64,000 nucleotides of DNA from Escherichia coli O127:H6 str. E2348/69 (lineage in GTDB: Bacteria > Pseudomonadota > Gammaproteobacteria > Enterobacterales > Enterobacteriaceae). The stretch lies in assembly GCF_000026545.1 (NCBI RefSeq), contig NC_011601.1. One strand, given 5' to 3'. Below are positions 14,684 to 25,570 of the stretch, piece after piece. How positions within the stretch are numbered: position 1 is the first letter of the stretch; each line of letters begins with the position of its first letter. The notes under the pieces are model-generated. The model did not search any database and was not told where the DNA came from. It saw only the letters and a program-made list of their open reading frames with translations. Made by a program: the position numbers and the translations under genes.

Positions 14684-15688
14684 ATGCGTAAGTCAGTTAT
14701 CGCGATTATCATCATCGTGCTGGTAGTGCTTTACATGTCTGTCTTTGTCGTCAAAGAAGGTGAGCGCGGTATTACGCTGCGTTTTGGTAAGGTACTGCGT
14801 GACGATGACAACAAACCTCTGGTTTATGAGCCGGGTCTGCATTTCAAGATACCGTTCATTGAAACGGTGAAAATGCTCGACGCACGTATTCAGACCATGG
14901 ACAACCAGGCCGACCGCTTTGTGACCAAAGAGAAGAAAGACCTGATCGTCGACTCTTACATCAAATGGCGCATCAGCGATTTCAGCCGTTACTATCTGGC
15001 AACGGGTGGTGGCGACATTTCGCAAGCGGAAGTGCTGTTGAAACGTAAGTTCTCTGACCGTCTGCGTTCTGAAATTGGTCGCCTGGACGTGAAAGACATC
15101 GTCACCGATTCTCGTGGTCGTCTGACCCTCGAAGTACGTGACGCGCTGAACTCCGGTTCTGCGGGTACAGAAGATGAAGTTACTACCCCTGCAGCAGATA
15201 ACGCCATTGCCGAAGCGGCAGAGCGCGTAACGGCTGAGACGAAGGGCAAAGTTCCGGTCATCAACCCGAACAGTATGGCGGCGCTGGGTATTGAAGTTGT
15301 CGATGTGCGAATTAAGCAGATCAACCTGCCGACCGAAGTGTCTGAAGCGATCTACAACCGTATGCGCGCCGAGCGTGAAGCGGTAGCACGTCGTCACCGT
15401 TCACAAGGTCAGGAAGAAGCGGAAAAACTGCGCGCGACTGCCGACTATGAAGTGACCAGAACGCTGGCAGAAGCTGAGCGTCAGGGCCGCATCATGCGTG
15501 GTGAAGGCGATGCAGAAGCAGCCAAACTGTTTGCTGATGCATTCAGTAAAGATCCGGACTTCTACGCATTCATCCGTAGCCTGCGTGCTTATGAGAACAG
15601 CTTCTCTGGCAATCAGGACGTGATGGTCATGAGCCCGGACAGCGATTTCTTCCGCTACATGAAGACGCCGACTTCCGCAACGCGTTAA
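14684..15688 (+). CDS. hflC: FtsH modulator HflC (SPFH/band-7)
   Basis: 334-aa ORF starting 3 nt after hflK stop. Confidence 0.94.
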   Translation: MRKSVIAIIIIVLVVLYMSVFVVKEGERGITLRFGKVLRDDDNKPLVYEPGLHFKIPFIETVKMLDARIQTMDNQADRFVTKEKKDLIVDSYIKWRISDFSRYYLATGGGDISQAEVLLKRKFSDRLRSEIGRLDVKDIVTDSRGRLTLEVRDALNSGSAGTEDEVTTPAADNAIAEAAERVTAETKGKVPVINPNSMAALGIEVVDVRIKQINLPTEVSEAIYNRMRAEREAVARRHRSQGQEEAEKLRATADYEVTRTLAEAERQGRIMRGEGDAEAAKLFADAFSKDPDFYAFIRSLRAYENSFSGNQDVMVMSPDSDFFRYMKTPTSATR

Positions 15689-15714
15689 TATAACGACTGC
15701 GGTACAGGTCAATA

Positions 15715-15748
15715 AAGCCACCGCATCCTCAGGGATGTCGGTGGTTTT
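15715..15748 (+). terminator. Candidate intrinsic terminator downstream of hflC
   Basis: Imperfect GC-rich inverted repeat GCCACCG...CGGTGG followed by TTTTCTTTTTCT. Confidence 0.5.
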
Positions 15749-15769
15749 CTTTTTCTATAAGGATAATGA

Positions 15770-15967
15770 ATGAATTCGACAATCTGGCTGGCGCTTGCCC
15801 TGGTTTTGGTACTGGAAGGTTTAGGGCCGATGCTTTACCCGAAGGCATGGAAGAAGATGATCTCTGCGATGACCAATTTGCCCGATAATATTTTACGTCG
15901 TTTTGGCGGTGGACTTGTGGTTGCGGGCGTTGTGGTCTACTACATGTTGAGGAAAACGATTGACTGA
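15770..15967 (+). CDS. yjeT: Small inner-membrane protein YjeT (DUF2065)
   Basis: 65-aa ORF with two hydrophobic segments; conserved position between hflC and purA. Confidence 0.8.
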   Translation: MNSTIWLALALVLVLEGLGPMLYPKAWKKMISAMTNLPDNILRRFGGGLVVAGVVVYYMLRKTID

Positions 15968-16046
15968 ACAAAAAACAGACTGATCGAGGTCATTTTTGAG
16001 TGCAAAAAGTGCTGTAACTCTGAAAAAGCGATGGTAGAATCCATTT

Positions 16047-16064
16047 TTAAGCAAACGGTGATTT
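16047..16064. promoter_or_regulatory. Candidate PurR operator upstream of purA
   Basis: AAGCAAACGGTGATTT resembles the PurR box half-site GCAAACG; lies ~10 bp upstream of the purA start, with TAGAAT -10-like hexamer at ~16035. Confidence 0.5.
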
Positions 16065-16067
16065 TGA

Positions 16068-17369
<1,302 letters not shown>

Positions 17370-17434
17370 TTCTGGTACGCCTGGCAGATATTTTGCCTGC
17401 CGGGCTAACAGTGTGATACATTGCTGTGTCGGTT

Positions 17435-17475
17435 AAGCCATTACGCTATCCGACACAGTGTTAAATCCTCGCTTT
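17435..17475 (+). terminator. Candidate intrinsic terminator downstream of purA
   Basis: 9-bp inverted repeat CTGTGTCGG...CCGACACAG followed by a T-rich tract. Confidence 0.45.
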
Positions 17476-17573
17476 TTTCCTTCCCCGAACTGAAATAAAT
17501 TAGCGACACAGCTTGTGGCTGGTTTATCATCAATATAAATGTATTTTTCCCCGATTTCCCTTTTGAGGTTGAT

Positions 17574-17999
17574 GTGCAGTTAACGAGTTTCACTGATTAC
17601 GGATTACGTGCGCTGATCTACATGGCGTCATTGCCAGAAGGGCGGATGACCAGTATTTCTGAAGTGACTGACGTCTACGGCGTCTCCCGTAATCATATGG
17701 TCAAAATAATCAATCAACTTAGTCGTGCCGGCTACGTGACAGCTGTTCGTGGAAAAAATGGCGGCATTCGCTTGGGTAAACCGGCGAGTGCAATACGTAT
17801 TGGTGATGTGGTGCGCGAGCTGGAGCCCTTATCGCTGGTGAATTGCAGCAGTGAGTTTTGCCACATTACACCTGCCTGTCGGTTGAAACAGGCGCTTTCT
17901 AAGGCCGTGCAAAGTTTTCTTACGGAACTGGATAACTACACGCTTGCCGATTTGGTTGAAGAGAATCAACCGCTTTATAAATTATTGCTGGTGGAGTGA
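17574..17999 (+). CDS. nsrR: Nitric-oxide-sensing transcriptional repressor NsrR (Rrf2 family)
   Basis: 141-aa ORF; Rrf2 HTH and Cys residues for the Fe-S cluster. Confidence 0.93.
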
Positions 18000-18037
18000 C
18001 GAAAATCTTCATCAGAGATGACAACGGAGGAACCGAG

Positions 18038-20479
18038 ATGTCACAAGATCCTTTCCAGGAACGCGAAGCTGAAAAATACGCGAATCCCATCCCTAGTCGG
18101 GAATTTATCCTCGAACATTTAACCAAACGTGAAAAACCGGCCAGCCGTGATGAGCTGGCGGTAGAACTGCACATTGAAGGCGAAGAGCAGCTTGAAGGCC
18201 TGCGTCGCCGCCTGCGCGCGATGGAGCGCGATGGTCAACTGGTCTTCACTCGCCGTCAGTGCTATGCGCTGCCGGAACGCCTCGACCTGGTGAAAGGTAC
18301 CGTTATTGGCCACCGTGATGGCTACGGCTTTCTGCGAGTTGAAGGGCGTAAAGATGATTTGTATCTCTCCAGCGAGCAGATGAAAACCTGCATTCATGGC
18401 GATCAGGTGCTGGCTCAGCCGCTGGGCGCTGACCGTAAAGGTCGTCGTGAAGCGCGTATTGTCCGCGTACTGGTGCCAAAAACCAGCCAGATTGTTGGTC
18501 GCTACTTCACCGAAGCGGGCGTCGGCTTTGTGGTTCCTGACGATAGCCGTCTGAGCTTCGATATCTTAATCCCGCCCGATCAGATCATGGGCGCGCGGAT
18601 GGGCTTTGTGGTGGTGGTTGAACTGACTCAACGCCCGACTCGCCGTACCAAAGCGGTGGGTAAAATCGTCGAAGTGCTGGGCGACAATATGGGCACCGGC
18701 ATGGCGGTTGATATCGCTCTGCGTACCCATGAAATTCCGTACATCTGGCCGCAGGCTGTTGAGCAACAGGTTGCCGGGCTGAAAGAAGAAGTGCCGGAAG
18801 AAGCAAAAGTGGGCCGTGTCGATCTGCGCGATTTACCGCTGGTCACCATTGATGGCGAAGACGCCCGTGACTTTGACGATGCAGTTTACTGTGAGAAAAA
18901 ACGCGGCGGCGGCTGGCGTTTATGGGTCGCGATTGCCGACGTCAGCTACTATGTGCGTCCGCCAACGCCGCTGGACAGAGAAGCGCGTAATCGTGGTACG
19001 TCGGTGTACTTCCCTTCGCAGGTTATCCCGATGCTGCCGGAAGTGCTCTCTAACGGCCTGTGCTCGCTCAACCCGCAGGTAGACCGCCTGTGTATGGTGT
19101 GCGAGATGACGGTTTCGTCGAAAGGCCGCCTGACTGGCTACAAATTCTACGAAGCGGTGATGAGTTCTCACGCGCGTCTGACCTACACCAAAGTCTGGCA
19201 TATACTGCAAGGCGATCAGGATCTGCGCGAGCAGTATGCGCCTCTGGTTAAGCATCTCGAAGAGTTGCATAACCTCTATAAAGTGCTGGATAAAGCCCGT
19301 GAAGAACGCGGTGGGATCTCATTTGAGAGCGAAGAAGCGAAGTTCATTTTCAACGCTGAACGCCGTATTGAACGTATCGAACAGACTCAGCGTAACGACG
19401 CCCACAAGTTAATTGAAGAATGCATGATTCTGGCGAATATCTCGGCGGCGCGTTTCGTTGAGAAAGCCAAAGAACCGGCACTGTTCCGTATTCACGACAA
19501 GCCGAGCACCGAAGCGATTACCTCTTTCCGTTCAGTGCTGGCGGAGCTGGGGCTGGAATTGCCGGGCGGTAACAAGCCGGAACCGCGCGACTATGCAGAG
19601 TTACTGGAATCGGTTGCCGATCGTCCTGATGCAGAAATGCTGCAAACCATGCTTTTGCGCTCGATGAAACAGGCGATTTACGATCCGGAAAACCGTGGTC
19701 ACTTCGGTCTGGCATTGCAGTCCTATGCGCACTTTACTTCGCCGATTCGTCGTTATCCTGACCTGACGTTGCACCGCGCCATTAAATATCTGCTGGCGAA
19801 AGAGCAGGGGCATCAGGGCAACACCACTGAAACCGGCGGCTACCATTATTCGATGGAAGAGATGCTGCAACTGGGTCAGCACTGTTCGATGGCGGAACGT
19901 CGTGCCGATGAAGCAACGCGCGATGTGTCTGACTGGCTGAAGTGTGACTTCATGCTCGACCAGGTAGGTAACGTCTTTAAAGGCGTAATTTCCAGCGTCA
20001 CTGGCTTTGGCTTCTTCGTCCGTCTGGACGACTTGTTCATTGATGGTCTGGTCCATGTCTCTTCGCTGGACAATGACTACTATCGCTTTGACCAGGTAGG
20101 GCAACGCCTGATGGGTGAATCCAGCGGCCAGACTTATCGCCTGGGCGATCGCGTGGAAGTTCGCGTTGAAGCGGTTAATATGGACGAGCGCAAAATTGAC
20201 TTTAGCCTGATCTCCAGCGAACGCGCACCGCGCAACGTCGGTAAAACGGCGCGCGAGAAAGCGAAAAAAGGCGATGCAGGTAAAAAAGGCGGCAAGCGTC
20301 GTCAGGTCGGCAAAAAGGTCAACTTTGAGCCAGACAGCGCCTTCCGCGGCGAGAAAAAACCGAAGCCGAAAGCAGCGAAGAAAGACGCGAGAAAAGCGAA
20401 AAAGCCATCGGCGAAAACGCAGAAAATAGCCGCAGCGACCAAAGCGAAGCGTGCGGCGAAGAAAAAAGTGGCAGAGTGA
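18038..20479 (+). CDS. rnr: Ribonuclease R
   Basis: ORF 17996..20479; recalled RNase R starts [20 protein letters not shown] at 18038; RNB and S1 domains, Lys-rich C-terminal tail. Confidence 0.94.
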   Translation: MSQDPFQEREAEKYANPIPSREFILEHLTKREKPASRDELAVELHIEGEEQLEGLRRRLRAMERDGQLVFTRRQCYALPERLDLVKGTVIGHRDGYGFLRVEGRKDDLYLSSEQMKTCIHGDQVLAQPLGADRKGRREARIVRVLVPKTSQIVGRYFTEAGVGFVVPDDSRLSFDILIPPDQIMGARMGFVVVVELTQRPTRRTKAVGKIVEVLGDNMGTGMAVDIALRTHEIPYIWPQAVEQQVAGLKEEVPEEAKVGRVDLRDLPLVTIDGEDARDFDDAVYCEKKRGGGWRLWVAIADVSYYVRPPTPLDREARNRGTSVYFPSQVIPMLPEVLSNGLCSLNPQVDRLCMVCEMTVSSKGRLTGYKFYEAVMSSHARLTYTKVWHILQGDQDLREQYAPLVKHLEELHNLYKVLDKAREERGGISFESEEAKFIFNAERRIERIEQTQRNDAHKLIEECMILANISAARFVEKAKEPALFRIHDKPSTEAITSFRSVLAELGLELPGGNKPEPRDYAELLESVADRPDAEMLQTMLLRSMKQAIYDPENRGHFGLALQSYAHFTSPIRRYPDLTLHRAIKYLLAKEQGHQGNTTETGGYHYSMEEMLQLGQHCSMAERRADEATRDVSDWLKCDFMLDQVGNVFKGVISSVTGFGFFVRLDDLFIDGLVHVSSLDNDYYRFDQVGQRLMGESSGQTYRLGDRVEVRVEAVNMDERKIDFSLISSERAPRNVGKTAREKAKKGDAGKKGGKRRQVGKKVNFEPDSAFRGEKKPKPKAAKKDARKAKKPSAKTQKIAAATKAKRAAKKKVAE

Positions 20480-20570
20480 TAATTCACCCTCTTCAAACAG
20501 AAGAGGGTGAATTATCCGTAGGCCGGGCAAGCGTGGCGCTCCCGGCAAAACGTAAACAACGAGTACATTA

Positions 20571-21302
20571 ATGAGCGAAATGATTTACGGCATCCATGCA
20601 GTGCAGGCCCTGCTGGAGCGCGCCCCTGAACGTTTTCAGGAAGTCTTTATTTTAAAAGGCCGTGAAGATAAACGTCTGTTACCGCTGATTCACGCCCTTG
20701 AGTCTCAGGGCGTGGTTATCCAGTTGGCAAACCGCCAATATCTCGACGAGAAAAGCGACGGTGCCGTGCATCAGGGCATTATCGCTCGTGTGAAGCCAGG
20801 ACGGCAGTATCAGGAAAACGATCTGCCGGATCTGATCGCTTCGCTCGATCAACCGTTCCTGCTGATCCTCGATGGCGTAACCGATCCGCACAACCTCGGC
20901 GCGTGCCTGCGTAGCGCGGACGCCGCTGGTGTTCATGCGGTGATTGTGCCGAAAGATCGCTCCGCACAGCTCAACGCCACGGCGAAAAAAGTGGCCTGTG
21001 GTGCGGCAGAAAGCGTTCCGCTGATTCGGGTGACTAATCTGGCGCGCACCATGCGTATGTTGCAGGAAGAGAATATCTGGATCGTCGGTACGGCAGGCGA
21101 GGCGGATCATACACTCTATCAGAGCAAAATGACCGGACGCCTGGCGCTGGTGATGGGTGCGGAAGGTGAAGGTATGCGTCGCCTGACCCGTGAACATTGC
21201 GATGAGTTGATCAGCATCCCAATGGCAGGAAGTGTTTCTTCCCTGAACGTTTCGGTTGCAACCGGAATTTGCTTATTTGAAGCGGTTCGTCAGCGCAGCT
21301 AG
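20571..21302 (+). CDS. rlmB: 23S rRNA (guanosine-2'-O)-methyltransferase RlmB
   Basis: 243-aa SpoU/TrmH-family ORF. Confidence 0.93.
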
Positions 21303-21321
21303 TTCCTCTGAATTATGAAAA

Positions 21322-21350
21322 GCCATCCAGATTTGGATGGTTTTTTTTTG
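21322..21350 (+). terminator. Intrinsic terminator downstream of rlmB
   Basis: CCATCC-agattt-GGATGG hairpin followed by nine T. Confidence 0.7.
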
Positions 21351-21428
21351 TCTATAGCTGGTAAGATAATTACGTACTGCAAATATTCATTTTATTAATA
21401 TTTAAACTTAATCTATATGGAATAATAT

Positions 21429-21830
21429 ATGACATGGAATCCGTTGGCGCTGGCGACGGCGCTGCAAACTGTACCTGAAAAAAATATTGATGTAACAAAT
21501 AGCGAAAGCGCATTAATTATTAAAATGAATGATTATGGCGATTTGCAAATCAATATTCTTTTTACTTCCCGCCAAATGATCATCGAAACCTTTATTTGTC
21601 CGGTAAGTAGTATCAGCAATCCAGATGAATTTAATACCTTCTTATTAAGAAATCAGAAGATGATGCCGTTGTCATCGGTAGGGATCTCCAGCGTGCAACA
21701 GGAAGAGTATTACATTGTTTTCGGTGCGTTATCGCTTAAATCTTCTCTTGAAGATATCCTGCTTGAGATAACCTCGCTGGTAGATAACGCATTGGATCTG
21801 GCTGAAATTACAGAAGAATATTCACACTAA
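21429..21830 (+). CDS. yjfI: Uncharacterized protein YjfI
   Basis: 133-aa ORF; conserved position, first gene of the yjfIJKLMC cluster. Confidence 0.8.
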   Translation: MTWNPLALATALQTVPEKNIDVTNSESALIIKMNDYGDLQINILFTSRQMIIETFICPVSSISNPDEFNTFLLRNQKMMPLSSVGISSVQQEEYYIVFGALSLKSSLEDILLEITSLVDNALDLAEITEEYSH

Positions 21831-21848
21831 TTACAAGGACGGGTATTT

Positions 21849-22547
21849 ATGGGGATTTTAAAAAGTTTATTTACGCTGGGGAAATCGTTTATCTCCCAAG
21901 CGGAAGAGTCTATTGAAGAAACCCAGGGCGTGCGCATGCTGGAACAGCATATTCGTGACGCAAAAACTGAACTCGATAAAGCCGGAAAATCTCGCGTTGA
22001 TCTGCTGGCGCGGGTGAAATTAAGTCACGATAAGCTGAAAGATTTACGTGAGCGCAAAGCCAGTCTGGAAGCGCGTGCGCTGGAAGCGTTAAGCAAGAAC
22101 GTGAATCCGTCGTTGATTAACGAAGTTGCTGAAGAAATCGCGCGCCTTGAGAATCTCATTACCGCTGAAGAGCAAGTGTTGTCGAATCTGGAAGTCTCTC
22201 GTGATGGCGTGGAAAAAGCAGTTACAGCGACAGCGCAGCGTATCGCTCAGTTTGAGCAGCAAATGGAAGTCGTTAAAGCCACTGAAGCCATGCAGCGTGC
22301 ACAACAGGCTGTAACGACCTCTACTGTTGGCGCATCTTCCAGCGTTTCGACAGCGGCAGAATCCTTAAAACGCCTGCAAACGCGTCAGGCCGAACGTCAG
22401 GCTCGCCTGGATGCTGCCGCACAGTTGGAAAAAGTCGCAGACGGTCGCGATCTCGATGAAAAGCTGGCGGAAGCCGGAATTGGCGGTAGCAATAAAAGTA
22501 GCGCCCAGGATGTATTAGCAAGACTGCAACGCCAACAGGGCGAGTAA
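21849..22547 (+). CDS. yjfJ: PspA/IM30-family protein YjfJ
   Basis: 232-aa coiled-coil ORF with PspA-like heptad pattern. Confidence 0.85.
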   Translation: MGILKSLFTLGKSFISQAEESIEETQGVRMLEQHIRDAKTELDKAGKSRVDLLARVKLSHDKLKDLRERKASLEARALEALSKNVNPSLINEVAEEIARLENLITAEEQVLSNLEVSRDGVEKAVTATAQRIAQFEQQMEVVKATEAMQRAQQAVTTSTVGASSSVSTAAESLKRLQTRQAERQARLDAAAQLEKVADGRDLDEKLAEAGIGGSNKSSAQDVLARLQRQQGE

Positions 22548-22597
22548 TTTTTTTGCCAGCCTCACTGCAAGGCTGGCAACTATTTTAAGGATAAAAT

Positions 22598-23257
22598 ATG
22601 TCTGGTTTTTTCCAGCGTCTGTTTGGCAAGGATAATAAGCCTGCTATCGCTCGCGGTCCGCTGGGTCTGCATCTCAATAGTGGCTTTACGCTCGACACGT
22701 TAGCGTTTCGTTTGCTGGAAGATGCATTGCTGATCGAGCTACCGGGTGAAGAATATACCGTGGCCGCCGTCAGTTGCATCGATCTGGGCGGGGGTAGCCA
22801 GATTTTCCGTTACTACACTTCGGGCGATGAGTTCCTGCAAATCAATACCACCGGCGGCGAAGATATTGATGACATTGATGATATCAAGCTCTTTGTCTAT
22901 GAAGAGAGCTACGGTATCAGTAAAGAGAGTCACTGGCGCGAGGCGATCAACGCCAAAGCGATGGGGGCAATGACCTTAAACTGGCAGGAAAAACGCTGGC
23001 AGCGATTTTTTAACAGCGAAGAACCGGGAAATATCGAACCCGTCTACATGCTGGAAAAAGTAGAAAATCAAAACCATGCCAAATGGGAAGTGCATAATTT
23101 TACCATGGGCTATCAACGGCAAGTGACCGAAGATACTTACGAATATCTGCTGTTAAATGGTGAGGAATCTTTTAATGATCTCGGCGAGCCGGAGTGGTTA
23201 TTTTCGCGCGCGCTGGGGGTCGATATCCCGCTGACATCACTTCATATTATTGGTTAA
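22598..23257 (+). CDS. yjfK: Uncharacterized protein YjfK (DUF2491)
   Basis: 219-aa ORF, conserved neighbour of yjfJ. Confidence 0.8.
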   Translation: MSGFFQRLFGKDNKPAIARGPLGLHLNSGFTLDTLAFRLLEDALLIELPGEEYTVAAVSCIDLGGGSQIFRYYTSGDEFLQINTTGGEDIDDIDDIKLFVYEESYGISKESHWREAINAKAMGAMTLNWQEKRWQRFFNSEEPGNIEPVYMLEKVENQNHAKWEVHNFTMGYQRQVTEDTYEYLLLNGEESFNDLGEPEWLFSRALGVDIPLTSLHIIG

Positions 23258-23274
23258 TTACAAGGACGTTTACG

Positions 23275-23673
23275 ATGCATATACTGGATTCACTTCTTGC
23301 CTTTAGCGCTTATTTTTTTATTGGCGTGGCGATGGTGATTATTTTCCTGTTTATCTACTCCAAAATTACACCGCACAACGAATGGCAGTTAATCAAAAAC
23401 AATAACACCGCGGCGGCACTGGCGTTCAGCGGAACATTGTTGGGGTACGTGATCCCCTTATCCAGTGCGGCAATCAATGCGGTGAGTATTCCAGACTATT
23501 TCGCATGGGGCGGGATTGCTCTGGTGATTCAATTACTCGTTTTTGCTGGCGTCAGGCTTTATATGCCCGCATTAAGCGAAAAAATTATTAATCACAATAC
23601 CGCAGCAGGAATGTTTATGGGAACCGCCGCGCTGGCTGGCGGTATTTTTAACGCAGCTTGTATGACATGGTAA
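23275..23673 (+). CDS. yjfL: Inner-membrane protein YjfL (DUF350)
   Basis: ORF 23194..23673; start taken at MHILDSLLAFSAYFFIGVAMV (23275); four predicted TM segments. Confidence 0.8.
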   Translation: MHILDSLLAFSAYFFIGVAMVIIFLFIYSKITPHNEWQLIKNNNTAAALAFSGTLLGYVIPLSSAAINAVSIPDYFAWGGIALVIQLLVFAGVRLYMPALSEKIINHNTAAGMFMGTAALAGGIFNAACMTW

Positions 23674-23682
23674 TGGACGATC

Positions 23683-24321
23683 ATGGCCAGAAAACGCAAA
23701 TCCAGAAATAACAAAAATATCGGACATGGGGCAATCAGTCGCATTGGTAGACCGCATAATCCTTTTGAGCCGCGCCGCAATCGCTACGCACAAAAATACT
23801 TAACGTTGGCACTAATGGGCGGTGCCGCTTTTTTCGTATTGAAAGGTTGTGGCGATAGTGGCGATGTCGATAACGACGGCGACGGAACGTTTTACGCGAC
23901 TGTGCAGGATTGTATTGATGACGGTAATAATGCAGACATTTGCGCGCGTGGCTGGAACAACGCCAAAGCGGCGTTTTATGCCGATGTTCCGAAGAATATG
24001 ACTCAGCAGAATTGTCAGTCTAAGTACGAAAATTGCTACTACGACAATGTTGAACAGAGTTGGATCCCGGTCGTTTCTGGATTTTTGTTAAGCCGGGTTA
24101 TTCGTAAAGATCGCGATGAGCCGTTCGTCTATAACAGCGGCGGATCCTCATTTGCTTCCCGCCCCGTCTGGCGCAACACTTCCGGTGATTACTCCTGGCG
24201 CTCCGGTTCTGGCAAAAAAGAGTCTTACTCTTCGGGCGGCTTTACCACCAAAAAAGCGTCAACCGTTTCTCGCGGCGGCTATGGTCGTTCTTCCAGCGCC
24301 CGTGGGCATTGGGGAGGCTAA
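23683..24321 (+). CDS. yjfM: Uncharacterized protein YjfM (DUF1190)
   Basis: 212-aa ORF with N-terminal TM segment. Confidence 0.8.
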   Translation: MARKRKSRNNKNIGHGAISRIGRPHNPFEPRRNRYAQKYLTLALMGGAAFFVLKGCGDSGDVDNDGDGTFYATVQDCIDDGNNADICARGWNNAKAAFYADVPKNMTQQNCQSKYENCYYDNVEQSWIPVVSGFLLSRVIRKDRDEPFVYNSGGSSFASRPVWRNTSGDYSWRSGSGKKESYSSGGFTTKKASTVSRGGYGRSSSARGHWGG

Positions 24322-24323
24322 TC

Positions 24324-25487
24324 ATGCTGAGACACAACGTTCCTGTGCGGCGGGATCTGGACCGGATTGCCGCCGATAACGGATTTGACTTTCATATCAT
24401 CGACAATGAAATCTATTGGGATGAGAGTCGGGCTTATCGCTTTACTTTGCGCCAGATTGAAGAGCAGATCGAAAAACCGACTGCGGAACTGCATCAGATG
24501 TGCCTTGAGGTGGTGGATCGCGCGGTTAAAGACGAAGAGATCCTGACGCAACTGGCGATCCCGCCGTTGTACTGGGATGTGATCGCCGAAAGCTGGCGCG
24601 CACGCGATCCTTCGTTGTATGGCCGTATGGATTTTGCCTGGTGTGGTAATGCACCGGTTAAGTTGCTGGAGTACAACGCCGATACGCCAACTTCATTGTA
24701 CGAGTCGGCTTATTTCCAGTGGTTGTGGCTGGAAGACGCCCGGCGTGGCGGCATTATTCCGCGTGATGCCGATCAGTACAATGCCATTCAGGAACGCCTG
24801 ATTTCGCGCTTTAGTGAGCTTTACAGTCGGGAACCGTTTTATTTTTGCTGCTGTCAGGACACCGATGAAGACAGGAGTACCGTGCTGTACTTGCAGGACT
24901 GCGCCCAGCAGGCAGGGCAGGAGTCGCGGTTTATCTACATTGAAGATCTCGGTTTGGGCGTCGGCGGCGTACTGACCGATCTTGATGATAATGTCATCCA
25001 GCGTGCATTTAAGCTGTATCCGCTAGAGTGGATGATGCGTGACGATAACGGTCCGCTGCTGCGCAAGCGTCGCGAGCAATGGGTGGAGCCGTTATGGAAA
25101 AGTATCTTGAGTAATAAAGGGCTAATGCCGCTGCTTTGGCGCTTCTTCCCTGGTCATCCTAACCTTCTTGCATCCTGGTTCGATGGTGAAAAACCGCAGA
25201 TTGCCGCTGGCGAAAGCTATGTGCGTAAACCGATTTACTCGCGCGAAGGCGGAAACGTCACCATTTTCGACGGTCAGAATAACGTCGTTGACCACGCTGA
25301 TGGTGATTACGCCGATGAACCGATGATCTACCAGGCGTTTCAACCTCTGCCGCGATTTGGCGATAGCTACACACTCATCGGTAGCTGGATTGTCGATGAT
25401 GAAGCGTGCGGAATGGGGATCCGTGAAGATAACACGCTGATCACCAAAGACACCTCACGTTTCGTTCCGCATTACATTGCTGGATAA
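24324..25487 (+). CDS. yjfC: Glutathionylspermidine-synthase-like ATP-grasp protein YjfC
   Basis: ORF 24309..25487; start at MLRHNVPVRRDLDRIAADNGFDF (24324); GSP_synth-like. Confidence 0.85.
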   Translation: MLRHNVPVRRDLDRIAADNGFDFHIIDNEIYWDESRAYRFTLRQIEEQIEKPTAELHQMCLEVVDRAVKDEEILTQLAIPPLYWDVIAESWRARDPSLYGRMDFAWCGNAPVKLLEYNADTPTSLYESAYFQWLWLEDARRGGIIPRDADQYNAIQERLISRFSELYSREPFYFCCCQDTDEDRSTVLYLQDCAQQAGQESRFIYIEDLGLGVGGVLTDLDDNVIQRAFKLYPLEWMMRDDNGPLLRKRREQWVEPLWKSILSNKGLMPLLWRFFPGHPNLLASWFDGEKPQIAAGESYVRKPIYSREGGNVTIFDGQNNVVDHADGDYADEPMIYQAFQPLPRFGDSYTLIGSWIVDDEACGMGIREDNTLITKDTSRFVPHYIAG

Positions 25488-25570
25488 GAATGTTTTAGCA
25501 ATCTCTTTCTGTCATGAATCCATGGCAGTGACCATACTAATGGTGACTGCCATTGATGGAGGGAGAAACA

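Noticed and set aside
19601-20548. 315-aa minus-strand ORF antisense to the 3' half of rnr
   Set aside because: Lies entirely inside the confidently assigned RNase R gene; low-complexity Arg/Phe-rich translation with no recognisable domain; typical antisense artefact
20482-20570. Hairpin TTCACCCTCTTC-aaacag-AAGAGGGTGAA after rnr as a possible riboswitch/attenuator
   Set aside because: Simplest reading is an rnr terminator or RNA-stability hairpin followed by a REP-like GC-rich unit; no conserved riboswitch features recognised
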